A stretch of 64,000 nt of DNA from Candidatus Latescibacterota bacterium (GTDB lineage Bacteria > Latescibacterota > UBA2968): contig OZ242195.1 in the NCBI GenBank assembly GCA_965205975.1, positions 1,824,001-1,888,000 on the forward strand, written 5' to 3'. Shown here in pieces: positions 19,239-29,174 of this stretch. Position numbers and translations under genes: made by a program. Numbering within the stretch: position 1 is the first letter of the stretch; each line of letters starts with the position of its first letter. The notes below the pieces were generated by a model, which searched no databases, was not told the DNA's origin, and saw nothing but the letters and a program-made list of their open reading frames with translations.

Positions 19239-20153
19239 ATGTCACAGATTCGACTGTTTTTGCTCGCCGCTCTCGTCTGCTTACCAGTCACTGCATCGTC
19301 TGCACCGCACCTTGAACCCACACTCGAAAAATCCAAAGTCCAATTATCGGGTTCAATAACCAATGGTGTCATTGACATCAACTCCAACGGAGAAATAAAA
19401 ATCCACATCCCCCAGGGCACCCTTACACTCCCGACTGATTCGCTCTCCACAGCGCCCAAAGGACCATCCGGCCCCTATGCCCCTTGCATCCTCGGTGGTC
19501 CTGGTCAATCAGTTCTTAGTAATCCAGCCAGACTATCTCCAGTATATACACCGATGCCAGACCCGATGAAATTGCTCAATCATATCGGGATGTTTTTCTC
19601 AACGGCCAGTGGCGGATTTGGCTCTCGTATCAATTATGACCACAAAATATCTCCAAACACACGCTTTACCGCCAGCCCGGAATTTCTCACCTATAGCCTG
19701 TCCAGATCCAGTGCTATTCTGGGAGACCTTATGCCCTCAGGCACAACGCGAATCACCTTGATCGCCATACCCATCGGTCTCCAACGCCACTTTGCGCCCA
19801 CATCGCGTATCAATCCCCACATAGGATTTGGTTTTGGCCCCATAATCCGGCTGGACCACCGCTCACACCGACTGGGGTACTACGGGAACAATTTGGGTTT
19901 AGACAGAACAATTCGCAATAGACACAACAGCCTCAATCTTACGGTCCCCCTTACCCTCGATGATTTTCCAAGCACCTCCTTAACTTTGGGCGGCCATCTC
20001 GCCTCTGGCCTGAACATCCATTTCGGCGCGAAAAAAAATCTCGCCCTCACCATCGAAGGCCGCTACACCCTGGCTCGATTCATTGACGCGATGGGTTCAC
20101 CCGGCGATTTTAGTGGTCTCTCTCTTGCTATAGGATTTGGAAAAGCGTTCTAA
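19239..20153 (+). CDS. Exported protein, probable outer-membrane beta-barrel
   Basis: RBS aggagg, signal peptide, amphipathic strands (INPHIGFGFG, LTIEGRY), C-terminal ...GFGKAF ending in Phe. Confidence 0.65.
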   Translation: MSQIRLFLLAALVCLPVTASSAPHLEPTLEKSKVQLSGSITNGVIDINSNGEIKIHIPQGTLTLPTDSLSTAPKGPSGPYAPCILGGPGQSVLSNPARLSPVYTPMPDPMKLLNHIGMFFSTASGGFGSRINYDHKISPNTRFTASPEFLTYSLSRSSAILGDLMPSGTTRITLIAIPIGLQRHFAPTSRINPHIGFGFGPIIRLDHRSHRLGYYGNNLGLDRTIRNRHNSLNLTVPLTLDDFPSTSLTLGGHLASGLNIHFGAKKNLALTIEGRYTLARFIDAMGSPGDFSGLSLAIGFGKAF

Positions 20154-20172
20154 AAAATCACCGCATAAAATC

Positions 20173-20209
20173 AAAACGGGACGCATCGGGAAATGATGGG
20201 TCCCGTTTT
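20173..20209 (+). terminator. Intrinsic terminator
   Basis: aaaacgggac...gtcccgtttt stem. Confidence 0.65.
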
Positions 20210-20252
20210 CTGTACTTGTCATTAATTTTCACACACATTTACAATTCCTTGC

Positions 20253-20307
20253 TTGACAGTACCCTATATTTAGTGCTATAATTTGGGCAATATACAATAT
20301 CATGTTG
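20253..20307 (+). promoter_or_regulatory. sigma70 promoter of nrdR overlapped by two NrdR boxes
   Basis: TTGACA 20253-58, TGc-TATAAT 20277-82; accCTATATTTAGTGc 20261-76 and ataCAATATCATGTtg 20292-307, starts 31 bp apart. Confidence 0.8.
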
Positions 20308-20332
20308 ATTTCAAGAAAGGAACTCTATACTT

Positions 20333-20785
20333 ATGAAATGTCCTTATTGTGGCGTGATCGAAGACAAAGTGGTAGATTCCAGATCGAGCAAAGAAGGCAC
20401 CGCCATTCGACGCCGCCGAGAATGCCTGGGGTGCGAACGTCGATTCACGACCTACGAATACATTGAAGACACCCCTCTCACCGTTATCAAATCCGATGGA
20501 CGACGCGAAATCTTTGACAAAAACAAACTCATGGATAAAATCCGACTCTCCTGCACCAAACGTCCGATCTCGACAACTCAGATCGAAGAAATCGCCGACC
20601 GAATCGAAGATCAACTCGTAAGCAGAGGCGAACGCGAAATAGAAGCCAAAGAGCACATTGGCGAACTTGTCATGACAGAACTCAAACGTCTCGACGACGT
20701 TGCCTACGTGCGCTTTGCCTCTGTGTACCGCCAATTCAAAGACCTCAGCGACTTTGAAAAAGAACTGAGGCAACTTGAAAGATGA
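20333..20785 (+). CDS. nrdR: Transcriptional repressor NrdR
   Basis: [30 protein letters not shown] cone, [13 protein letters not shown]. Confidence 0.98.
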   Translation: MKCPYCGVIEDKVVDSRSSKEGTAIRRRRECLGCERRFTTYEYIEDTPLTVIKSDGRREIFDKNKLMDKIRLSCTKRPISTTQIEEIADRIEDQLVSRGEREIEAKEHIGELVMTELKRLDDVAYVRFASVYRQFKDLSDFEKELRQLER

Positions 20786-20804
20786 GATGTTAAAGAGCCA
20801 GTAC

Positions 20805-21392
20805 TCACCTCTCCAAAAACTTCGCTTTCCCCTCATGACAAGTCTGGCACGTTGCGGGCTTGCCCGTTTTAATATCCAATAAGCGATCTGTAAACTTCTC
20901 CATCATCATGCGTGCAACAACCTTATTGGGGGTAGGCGTGACCGGATCGAGCCGGCCATCGCGCCTTCTCACATGGCAATAGTCACATGCCTTCACACCC
21001 AGAGCTTTCTGCATTTCTTTCATCATCGCCACAATTTCTCCACGCGACATACCCGCCAACCGCGAGGGTTTGGCCGCACTCGTATCGCGCACTACAAACC
21101 GCACCGTGCCCGTGTGGCAAAAAGCACAATCAATCGTTTTTCCCGCTGCCGTAACCAGACCATCCACAAAATGATGCTTCATATAAAATGCTGTTTTCTT
21201 AAACGGAGACGGTGCTTTGTAATCGCGTTCACCAGCCTCAGTCACAGACGGATGGCAATACTTACATTTTACCCCCAGAGCATTAGAAATCGCTTCCATA
21301 CCCTCTTTGCTCGTATCCAGAACGTGGTGATCGCCCGCGTGTATATCGGCACAAAGCAAGATAACCGCACAGCAAAAAATAAAACGTTTCAC
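20805..21392 (-). CDS. Exported tetraheme c-type cytochrome (two repeats of a diheme unit, reaction-centre cytochrome-like)
   Basis: Signal peptide; CKYCH, CAFCH, CDYCH, CQTCH; repeated M...ALGVK.C..CH unit. Confidence 0.85.
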   Translation of the reverse strand: MKRFIFCCAVILLCADIHAGDHHVLDTSKEGMEAISNALGVKCKYCHPSVTEAGERDYKAPSPFKKTAFYMKHHFVDGLVTAAGKTIDCAFCHTGTVRFVVRDTSAAKPSRLAGMSRGEIVAMMKEMQKALGVKACDYCHVRRRDGRLDPVTPTPNKVVARMMMEKFTDRLLDIKTGKPATCQTCHEGKAKFLER

Positions 21393-22747
21393 AAAGCTCC
21401 TCTCACGACTCGACCATCCACCCCTTCAGGACTTTCCAGCCCCAACAGAGCCATCATCGTAGGCAAAATATCCATCACAATCGCGTCATCAGATGCCAGA
21501 TCAGGCGCATTGACAAACCACAACGCATCATCGAAAGTATGCGTACCATTCACAGGGCTGGATTCAAACAAAACGCGCTTTTCAAAACCGCCCTTCAAAT
21601 CATATCCCCGCGCAGGCACTGCCATAAGATCGGGTGCTGCATCGAGGTCATCGCCGGAAAAAGCCTCTTCGCGCATCAACACGCGATCAATGATTGGTAC
21701 CCCACCATCGGGGTCGCGGATTTCCATCAATGCATCTGCCACATCTCGCCGGACTTGCTCGTATTCAGCACCTGCCTGAACGCAGCCCTCGCGCTCCCTG
21801 CCCTTTAGATTCACGTAAAATCGCCCGGGCAACAATGAATAACACCGCGTTCGGGGATCCAGGTCTCTCAACTGTTTTGGTTCAGGCGATGCAAAAGACA
21901 ACAACCCCATCTGTTGCAGCCAAAAATTCAAATGCACCTCGCGCTGTAGGGTGCAAAAACCGTGGTCCGACACAATCATGAGCAACGTATCGCTGTATAA
22001 CCGCGAAACCAATTCTCCGATGATTTCATCTACGCGCGCGTAAAACTGATTGAACCACGCGGTGTACGACACATCTCCTCGTTCCACATCGCCCCAGAGA
22101 AAGTGGTGCAATCGATCGGTATCCATAAAATGCGCTACAAATAAATCCCATGACTCCTGGGCATAATACTTGAACATAGCCTCTGCACGTCGGTCGAGTG
22201 CCCAGAAGATCTCATCGAGAAATTTATGACGATTTATCCGCGCCTGCCAGGCGTCAATATCGATCAAATATCCCATGGATTCCAGCTCAGATGCGATAGA
22301 AGGCGGATAGGTCGCTCGCTTCAAATCGGGTGCTAAAAATCCCGAAATCAAGATGCCATTGACTTTGCGAGGGGGAAAAGTAGTCGGTACCCCCATAGAA
22401 AAAACCCGCTGTCCCATATTGCTAAACAGATCAACCCACGTCTTGCCCTGCAAAGTTCTCGAAGATGGAATAAACATCTCATATGTTTGGGGTACGCGGT
22501 CAATAAAACCAAAAATCCCGTGCTTACCCGGATTGCAACCCGTCGCAATTGACGCCCAGGCCGTTGACGATACCGTAGGTAGCACCGACGTCATAGACAT
22601 CAATGATCCCTGAACGATCAACTGTTGAAAATTGGGCATAACCCCCTCGGCAATCAGACGTTGCAACAAGCTATGTGGCATACCATCTAAGCCCAGAACA
22701 ACGACCCGGCTAAATTTGGATCTATTTCGTCGAAAAAAATTAAGCAT
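21389..22747 (-). CDS. Alkaline phosphatase superfamily (nucleotide pyrophosphatase/phosphodiesterase) protein
   Basis: VVVLGLDG, AWASIATGCNPGKHGIFGF, DRLHH, IVSDHGF, GTH, DILPT. Confidence 0.88.
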   Translation of the reverse strand: MLNFFRRNRSKFSRVVVLGLDGMPHSLLQRLIAEGVMPNFQQLIVQGSLMSMTSVLPTVSSTAWASIATGCNPGKHGIFGFIDRVPQTYEMFIPSSRTLQGKTWVDLFSNMGQRVFSMGVPTTFPPRKVNGILISGFLAPDLKRATYPPSIASELESMGYLIDIDAWQARINRHKFLDEIFWALDRRAEAMFKYYAQESWDLFVAHFMDTDRLHHFLWGDVERGDVSYTAWFNQFYARVDEIIGELVSRLYSDTLLMIVSDHGFCTLQREVHLNFWLQQMGLLSFASPEPKQLRDLDPRTRCYSLLPGRFYVNLKGREREGCVQAGAEYEQVRRDVADALMEIRDPDGGVPIIDRVLMREEAFSGDDLDAAPDLMAVPARGYDLKGGFEKRVLFESSPVNGTHTFDDALWFVNAPDLASDDAIVMDILPTMMALLGLESPEGVDGRVVRGAL

Positions 22748-22859
22748 CTATCCCCATCCCACAATAAAATAGGGCTTTTAACCCCTTGTATATAGAAGCT
22801 AAAAGCCCAAGATACTGAATAAAACCTCTTCAGCACATGCATAGTAAATGTAAATAATG

Positions 22860-22937
22860 TGGGGTGAGTGAGGGGATTTGAACCCCCGACCTCCTGGGCC
22901 ACAACCAGGCGCTCTGACCGACTGAGCTACACCCACC
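22860..22937 (-). tRNA. tRNA-His (GTG)
   Basis: Reverse complement GGTGGGTGTAGCTCAG...TTGTGGC...GGTTCAAATCCC...CACTCACCCCA with G-1 and encoded CCA. Confidence 0.95.
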
Positions 22938-22952
22938 ACACAAAACGCAAAA

Positions 22953-23026
22953 CACTCCCGGCAGGGCTCGAACCTGCGACCTACTGCTTAGAAGGCAGTT
23001 GCTCTATCCAGCTGAGCTACGGGAGC
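22953..23026 (-). tRNA. tRNA-Arg (TCT)
   Basis: Reverse complement GCTCCCGTAGCTCAGCTGGATAGAGC-actgc-CTTCTAA-gcagt...GGTTCGAG...CGGGAGTG; CCA not encoded. Confidence 0.93.
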
Positions 23027-23318
23027 AAAAAACCTGCCCTTAAGGATTCTATCAAAGGGCGATACTGATATGATACACATCCTATTTGAGAGCAAAATTA
23101 TCATATTGATCAAAAAGTGTCAAGCAAAAGTAACATCTCTCACCCCATCCTCAGCTTGAGTTGTAGATCCTTCGCAAAGCTTTAGTCTCGCGCGATAAGT
23201 GGCAGAGTTTACACTTTAATTTCTTCCAAATTCCAGTTTTTTTTTCAACTTGACAACTGTTCTTCCCCTGATGATATTTTTTTATCTAACTATTCTTCCC
23301 AAGATTACTGGTCCGCAC

Positions 23319-23945
23319 ATGCCCAGAAAACGACTTACACAAGCCGAACGGCGCACCCAAATTATCGAAGTGGCGATGACGCTTTTCGCCACCAAAGGAT
23401 TTACCGGTACCACCACGCGTGCCATTGCCCGTGCGGCAGATGTTTCAGAAGCCATTATCTTCAGGCACTTTGCGACCAAAGAAGACCTCTACAATGCCAT
23501 TATCACATACACAGTTGAAAAACGCTCAGAACAATGGGATCAAGACACAGCACCTCCGCCAGCCCCGAGCAATATCGAACGCCTCTTGCGCGACTTTGCC
23601 CAGACATTTGTCAATCGCAATCGCAAAGATTCGACGTTCATACGCCTGATGATGTACAGCGCACTCGAAGATCACAAATTCCGAGAAAAATTTTTCGCAA
23701 TTTACAGCAACCCCCACATGCGATCCATTCGCCAGGCCATTCAAACCGGTGTCGATCAGGGCCTGTTTTGCGCGGTTGATCCGGCTGAATCGCTTCGCTC
23801 TTTCTTCTATGCACTCCTGCAATACTGTATCAGCCGTTTTGTTGCGAGCAATGAAACCGATATGCCAGAACGCGATGACGCCATGATCGAAAATCTCGTG
23901 ACGATTTTTGTGCGCGGACTGCGAATAGATAATCACAAAAGCTAA
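23319..23945 (+). CDS. TetR/AcrR-family regulator
   Basis: IIEVAMTLFATKGFTGTTTRAIARAADVSEAIIFRHFATKEDL. Confidence 0.92.
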   Translation: MPRKRLTQAERRTQIIEVAMTLFATKGFTGTTTRAIARAADVSEAIIFRHFATKEDLYNAIITYTVEKRSEQWDQDTAPPPAPSNIERLLRDFAQTFVNRNRKDSTFIRLMMYSALEDHKFREKFFAIYSNPHMRSIRQAIQTGVDQGLFCAVDPAESLRSFFYALLQYCISRFVASNETDMPERDDAMIENLVTIFVRGLRIDNHKS

Positions 23946-23952
23946 TCCTCTC

Positions 23953-25308
23953 ATGATCGATTTACGCTTTCTCGAAGAAGGCAAAGCAATTCGGGATCCC
24001 ATTTGGGGCTATATCCACATACCGCCCGATTTTTTATCCCTCGTTGATGCCGAAGAATTTCAACGCCTTCGCGATATATCGCAACTCGGGCACGTCTTGC
24101 TCGTGTATCCCGGAGCTCGCCACTCGCGTTTTGAACACGCTTTGGGCGTGTTTCACATTGCGGGCCATTTCCTCAAACAATTGCTCAAAACCCAGCCCCC
24201 TCCCAATATTGATATCGATGACGTCCGCGTGCTTCTCGCGGCGAGTTTGTTGCACGACATCGGTCATTATCCCTTTTCGCATCTGCTCGAAGAAATGCAG
24301 ATGTTTTTTATTGACCATGAAACGCGGGGGCGCTACATCATTGAAGATCCAAGCACAGAAATTCATGCCGCGCTTCTCAAAGTGGGTATTGATCCCCAGC
24401 GCGTTGCAAATGTCATCGATTACCAGCAACGCACCATTCCCGACCGCGATATGCGCCTTGCCCACATTCTCAGCGGCACACTCGACCCCGACAAAATTGA
24501 CTATCTTCTGCGCGACGCACGCTACTGCGGTGTCCCATTTGGCGAGAGCGTGAATAGAGACCGCCTCCTATCCTCAATTACATACCATCACGCGACACAG
24601 CGACCAGCCATCACTTACAAAGGCGTATCTGCGGCTGAAGCACTCATCTTTACCAGTTATCTGATGTATCGCAACGTCTATTGGCACCACGCGGTTCGCT
24701 CAGCCAATGCCATGTTCAAGCGCGGGATACAAGACCTTTTGGCGCATCCCAACTGTTCGCTGACAGAAAATGATTTTGACCGCGCCACAGAATCCGACCT
24801 GCTTCACCGTCTCGAAAAAGAACACACCGAACTCGAGATCTCCTATCGAACCAGCCTGATTGGCCGTCTCAAAAGACGCAAACTCTTCAAAGTTGCCCGC
24901 ATATTCTTTCCCCATGAATACGCGCACAACCTCATAAACCTATTTCGTCGTCTCTATGACGCACCCGACCAACGGCGAGAACTTGAGATGGCCTTTTGCA
25001 CCCACCTTTCCTCAAAGCACAATCTCAACCTCTGCGGCGATGAAATACTCCTCGACATTCTCCAATTTGACAAAATTCCCGAAGTAGATCTCAAAGTCTT
25101 TTTTGACGCCCACATCCCCGTAGAAAAAACAGAACCCTTGAGCTTTGACGACCCGGAAGTCTCTTTGCTCAAAAATTATCTGATCGACAATTTTGAGGCA
25201 CAGGCCAAAGTGGTGCGTATCTTCTGCGACGATATTCCCAATTTACGCCAGGCCGTGCGCGATGAAGCCTTTCCTTTCCTGAAAAAATGGGGAATAGTCA
25301 ACGCTTGA
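23953..25308 (+). CDS. HD-domain phosphohydrolase, SAMHD1/dNTP triphosphohydrolase-like
   Basis: DPIWG, FQRLRDISQLG, YPGARHSRFEHALG, LLHDIGHYPFSH, LDPDKIDYLLRD, MYRNVYWH. Confidence 0.88.
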   Translation: MIDLRFLEEGKAIRDPIWGYIHIPPDFLSLVDAEEFQRLRDISQLGHVLLVYPGARHSRFEHALGVFHIAGHFLKQLLKTQPPPNIDIDDVRVLLAASLLHDIGHYPFSHLLEEMQMFFIDHETRGRYIIEDPSTEIHAALLKVGIDPQRVANVIDYQQRTIPDRDMRLAHILSGTLDPDKIDYLLRDARYCGVPFGESVNRDRLLSSITYHHATQRPAITYKGVSAAEALIFTSYLMYRNVYWHHAVRSANAMFKRGIQDLLAHPNCSLTENDFDRATESDLLHRLEKEHTELEISYRTSLIGRLKRRKLFKVARIFFPHEYAHNLINLFRRLYDAPDQRRELEMAFCTHLSSKHNLNLCGDEILLDILQFDKIPEVDLKVFFDAHIPVEKTEPLSFDDPEVSLLKNYLIDNFEAQAKVVRIFCDDIPNLRQAVRDEAFPFLKKWGIVNA

Positions 25309-25431
25309 TAAAATGAGTAAAAAGTTATATATTGCACACTTCTAAATGTAGATTTACCTGAATTTATTGAAAGTTCTATATTCTCCCTCAGACATAGATA
25401 AGTCACTCTCACCTTTATCTGGATTTTTTGC

Positions 25432-26358
25432 ATGAAAAAATATCTGACTTTAATGTTTATCTCCCACAATGAAGGTTATATCAAAGAATACCATCTCTCA
25501 CGACCCAAATTTATCGGCAGTATAAGTGCATTATGCCTACTCCTATTGCTCTCACTCGGCTATGTAGCCACAATTGGCAAAAGGGAAAGACTTGCCGAAC
25601 TCAAGGAGGAAAACACGACACTCCAACGCGAATTTGTCTTAATTCAAGAAGAATTGGAAAACATGCGCCACAACATGGATCAGCTACAGGAAAAAGATCG
25701 CATCATGCGCGCCTGGGTTGACCTGTCCGAACCGAGTGACGAAGTCCGTCAAATAGGTGTGGGGGGTGGAGATGCCATACTGCCAGAAAGGGAAAATGCC
25801 ATCTCAGACGACGTCTCAGATCTTCTGACTTATAACCGCACCAATATGGATCAACTCTTGCGAGAAGCGCACTTTCTGAAAACCAGTTTTGATACGATTT
25901 TGACAGTACTCAGCAAAGACATCCAAATGCGCCAGCACATACCTTCAATTACCCCTGTAAGGATGGAAAATCCGAGAATATCATCGGGATTTGGTTACCG
26001 TCGCGATCCATTCACCGGGCGTAGGCAATTTCACTTTGGGATCGATTATCCCGGTCGCAGGGGCACGCCTATTATCGCTACAGCCGATGGGAAAATAGAT
26101 AAAATTAACTATAACAATCGTTTGGGATGGTATGTGATTATCGACCACGGCTATGGCTTACAAACGCTATACGGGCACCTCAATAGCAGGCCGTCTGGCA
26201 AGCAGGGTGATCGCATCAAACGCGGTGAAAAGATTGGAGAGATGGGCAGGACTGGGCGCTCAACAGCCCCACATCTCCACTACTCGGTCTACAAAAATGG
26301 CGATCCCGAAAATCCCAAACACTACATCTTTGATCAAAAAACGCGCTCTTTGTTTTAA
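25432..26358 (+). CDS. M23-family metallopeptidase (peptidoglycan endopeptidase)
   Basis: SSGFGYRRDP, HFGID, TLYGHL, GRSTAPHLHY; N-terminal TM and coiled coil. Confidence 0.93.
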   Translation: MKKYLTLMFISHNEGYIKEYHLSRPKFIGSISALCLLLLLSLGYVATIGKRERLAELKEENTTLQREFVLIQEELENMRHNMDQLQEKDRIMRAWVDLSEPSDEVRQIGVGGGDAILPERENAISDDVSDLLTYNRTNMDQLLREAHFLKTSFDTILTVLSKDIQMRQHIPSITPVRMENPRISSGFGYRRDPFTGRRQFHFGIDYPGRRGTPIIATADGKIDKINYNNRLGWYVIIDHGYGLQTLYGHLNSRPSGKQGDRIKRGEKIGEMGRTGRSTAPHLHYSVYKNGDPENPKHYIFDQKTRSLF

Positions 26359-26376
26359 CGAATCAGAGGATAAACC

Positions 26377-27675
26377 ATGAGTTCCGTTTACAGTTCGATA
26401 TCTGTCGCAACGGTCTGGTCTGGTCATCCCGTCGGGTTTGATCTGCTGAGCCAAGGCGATATGCAGTTTATCGCTTTTTACAATGCCGAACGCAAAATGA
26501 CCGTTGGTATGCGAAAGATAGATGAAGAAACATGGACATTTGCACACCCAGAAGGTGTATGGCTGGAAAATCGAGGGCGACTCTCTTCGGAAATCGGATG
26601 GGACAGTCACAATTCACTAACCATGGCCATCGACGACGATGGCCATATTCATTTGTGCGGCAATATGCATGTGGATCCCTTGATTTATTTTCGCACAACG
26701 CGCCCACTCGATGTCACGAGTTTGGAACGCATAGACTTTATGGTCGGCAAAAATGAGGATCGCTGTACCTACCCCGTGTTTATGCGCGGTCCCAATAATG
26801 AATTGATTTTTCGATTTCGAGATGGTAAAAGCGGCAATGGGGTCGATTTTTACAATTCGTATGATGTCCAAACAAAAACATGGCACCGAATGCACAGTAC
26901 ACCATTGCTCGATGGACTCGACCGCATGAATGCGTATGCGCGCATGCCGGAAAAAGGTCCAGATAGAAATTATCACATGGTCTGGATCTGGCGCAATACT
27001 CCCGATTGTGCGACCAATCACAGTATTTCTTATGCCCGCAGTCCAGACCTCCTGTCCTGGGAAACAGGCGGTGGCAACGCACTAACTTTGCCAATTACAA
27101 TAGAAAGCGGCGCCACTGTCGATCCCGTACCCCCAGGAGGTGGATTGATCAATATGACGCAATCACTGGGCTTTGACGACCAGAAACGCACTGTGATCAG
27201 CTATCACAAACACGACGAGAATGGATACACACAAGCCTATTGTGCGCGGTTGGAAAATGGCGAGTGGGTATTTTATAAGGTGAGCAATTGGACCTATCGA
27301 TGGGAGTTTGGGGGCGGCGGCTCTATCGGTGCAGAAATTCGGCTGGGTGGCGTTAAAGTAGAGGCCGATGGGAATCTCAGCATGCATTATTGGCATATAA
27401 AAGAAGGCCAGGGAATCTGGAAATTACATCCCCAAACTCTGCAAGTGATCGGGACATACCCACTACCCGATAACGAGATTCCCGATGAATTGGAACAAGT
27501 GACATCTGATTATCCGGGCATGACTGTCAACCTGCGCGGTGCTCGCGGCAATGGAACACGTCCCGGAGAGCAACACGTCTTGCGCTGGGAAACACTGGAC
27601 CGCAACCGCGACAGACCCAGAGAAAAAATCCCACCGCCGAGTGAATTGAGACTCTATATCCTGAAAAAAAATTAA
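26377..27675 (+). CDS. BNR-repeat beta-propeller protein (possible polysaccharide lyase/hydrolase)
   Basis: WDSHNSL.MAIDDDGHIHLCGNMH, TYPVF, FRDGKSGNG, SYARSPDLLSW Asp-box-like motif. Confidence 0.7.
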   Translation: MSSVYSSISVATVWSGHPVGFDLLSQGDMQFIAFYNAERKMTVGMRKIDEETWTFAHPEGVWLENRGRLSSEIGWDSHNSLTMAIDDDGHIHLCGNMHVDPLIYFRTTRPLDVTSLERIDFMVGKNEDRCTYPVFMRGPNNELIFRFRDGKSGNGVDFYNSYDVQTKTWHRMHSTPLLDGLDRMNAYARMPEKGPDRNYHMVWIWRNTPDCATNHSISYARSPDLLSWETGGGNALTLPITIESGATVDPVPPGGGLINMTQSLGFDDQKRTVISYHKHDENGYTQAYCARLENGEWVFYKVSNWTYRWEFGGGGSIGAEIRLGGVKVEADGNLSMHYWHIKEGQGIWKLHPQTLQVIGTYPLPDNEIPDELEQVTSDYPGMTVNLRGARGNGTRPGEQHVLRWETLDRNRDRPREKIPPPSELRLYILKKN

Positions 27676-27708
27676 AAAAGCCCTCCGGTGATCACCGGAG
27701 GGCTTTTG
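27675..27708. terminator. Bidirectional terminator between convergent genes
   Basis: aaaagccctccggtga/tcaccggagggctttt perfect palindrome. Confidence 0.8.
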
Positions 27709-27719
27709 GGTTGCGTTCA

Positions 27720-28973
27720 TTACGCGCCAAGTGCCCAACCCACAGGCAGTGCCACAATGTCATTGCCGAGGTCGTGAATGCGAGGGTCGTTGGAGAGCAC
27801 CAATCCCTGCAGGATGGGTTTGTCTAAAATTTCGTCGAGTTTGCGCAAATGGCGGGCATCTGTGGAAGCAACGCGTTCCGCCATTTTTATTTCAATAGGC
27901 ACAAAGCCCTGTTCGGTTTCGAGCAACAAATCGACTTCGCGTCCATCAGCCGTGCGCAGATGATAACAATCAATGGGCAACCGACTATTTTGAATTTGTT
28001 TGTAAATTTCAGCAATAATAGCACTTTCAAATTCATGGCCTGTGAGTTGACCGCGTCGATTGAGCAACGCACGCTGGATGCCGGGATCGAGAAAATGAAC
28101 TTTTGGTGCTTTGGACAGGCGTTTATTCAGGTTGCGAAACCACGGTTGTAACAAAAGGACCTGGTAACTTATTTCGAGATATGAAATAAAGCGTTTGACA
28201 GTTTTGGATGTGACGCCGGTAAGTTGAGCCAATTCATTCATATTGAGCAACACGCCAGTCAGCCCTGCCAATGCACGCTGCATGCGAGCAAAAGGCGTGA
28301 GATCGCGCAAATTGGCGAGATCGCGCAGGTCGCGCTGAAGATAGGTCTGGATGTAGTCGTGCAACCAATCGTATTTATCGCGGATAGTGAGCCTGGGATC
28401 AACGACGGCTGGCATAGCACCAAAATTTAGATAATGTGCCATGTGATGTGCTACCTGTGCGTAGCGTTCGCTCTGGAGTGGCATACCCGAATACAACATA
28501 TCGCGTTCACCTGTTTTTAGAAAACGGATGAATCTGGAATCCACAATAGTGTCATCCCAGGAATCCGTCAGCATTTCCGGCAATGTGAGAGGATACAGTT
28601 CAATAAGGGAGATCCGTCCGGCCAAACTTTCGCGGATCTGTTCCATTAACAGGATTTGGCTGGAACCGAGCAAGATGCTGCGCGCATCGGGATACTGATC
28701 GTAAACGGCTTTGATAGACTCTATGATCGCAGGTGCTTTTTGCACTTCATCCAGAATGACATTGGGATACTGTTGATACCATTGTGCAGCCGAAAGCGCA
28801 GTGAAATCTGGACGCGTGATCGGATCATCGAGGGAAATGTATGAATAGTCGGAAAATCCCGTTTGTACCAATGTGGTCTTGCCCGTTTGTCGCGCTCCTG
28901 TCAAAGCAATGAGACGCCCCAACCTGGAAGCAGATCTTTGTTTGATAAGTGAAAGGATGGTTCTATTTTTCAA
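27720..28973 (-). CDS. AAA+ ATPase with C-terminal DUF4143 / PD-(D/E)xK-like domain
   Basis: GARQTGKTT, ILDEVQ, LLGSS, ESLAGR, KAPKVHFLDPG, EVDLL...PIEIK. Confidence 0.9.
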   Translation of the reverse strand: MKNRTILSLIKQRSASRLGRLIALTGARQTGKTTLVQTGFSDYSYISLDDPITRPDFTALSAAQWYQQYPNVILDEVQKAPAIIESIKAVYDQYPDARSILLGSSQILLMEQIRESLAGRISLIELYPLTLPEMLTDSWDDTIVDSRFIRFLKTGERDMLYSGMPLQSERYAQVAHHMAHYLNFGAMPAVVDPRLTIRDKYDWLHDYIQTYLQRDLRDLANLRDLTPFARMQRALAGLTGVLLNMNELAQLTGVTSKTVKRFISYLEISYQVLLLQPWFRNLNKRLSKAPKVHFLDPGIQRALLNRRGQLTGHEFESAIIAEIYKQIQNSRLPIDCYHLRTADGREVDLLLETEQGFVPIEIKMAERVASTDARHLRKLDEILDKPILQGLVLSNDPRIHDLGNDIVALPVGWALGA

Positions 28974-28988
28974 GTTATCACCTCTATC

Positions 28989-29059
28989 GGCGTAAAATTT
29001 GGACTTCTATTCCATAATTTACGCCAAAATCTGGAATAAACAACCATAATTTACGCCAA
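28989..29059. promoter_or_regulatory. Operator-like repeats upstream of the DUF4143 ATPase
   Basis: ccataatttacgccaa at 29012 and 29044; imperfect inverted copy ggcgtaaaatttgg at 28989-29002. Confidence 0.55.
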
Positions 29060-29174
29060 TATAGTGTAACCCCTTGCTGAAAGTTGATAATATTTCTCTT
29101 TGGTGATGAGATTTCATAGATTATTTTCTCCAGGTAGATATATTTTGTGATAGCGTTCTAAAAAAGGAGACACC

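Noticed and set aside
20973..21779. 268-aa plus-strand ORF and other long antisense or overlapping ORFs (e.g. 6607-7107, 18132-18767, 20300-20836, 30894-31520)
   Set aside because: Shadow frames of well-supported genes, with no motifs or RBS of their own.
22953..23026. Missing CCA on tRNA-Arg(TCT) as a sign of a pseudogene
   Set aside because: The cloverleaf is intact and CCA is commonly added post-transcriptionally.
22687..23068. Short ORFs 22687-22902 and 22868-23068
   Set aside because: They overlap the tRNA-His and tRNA-Arg genes.
23953..25308. HD dNTPase-like gene as a nucleotide-depletion defence system
   Set aside because: It lies among housekeeping genes behind a TetR regulator, outside the island; nothing in the sequence separates it from housekeeping homologues.
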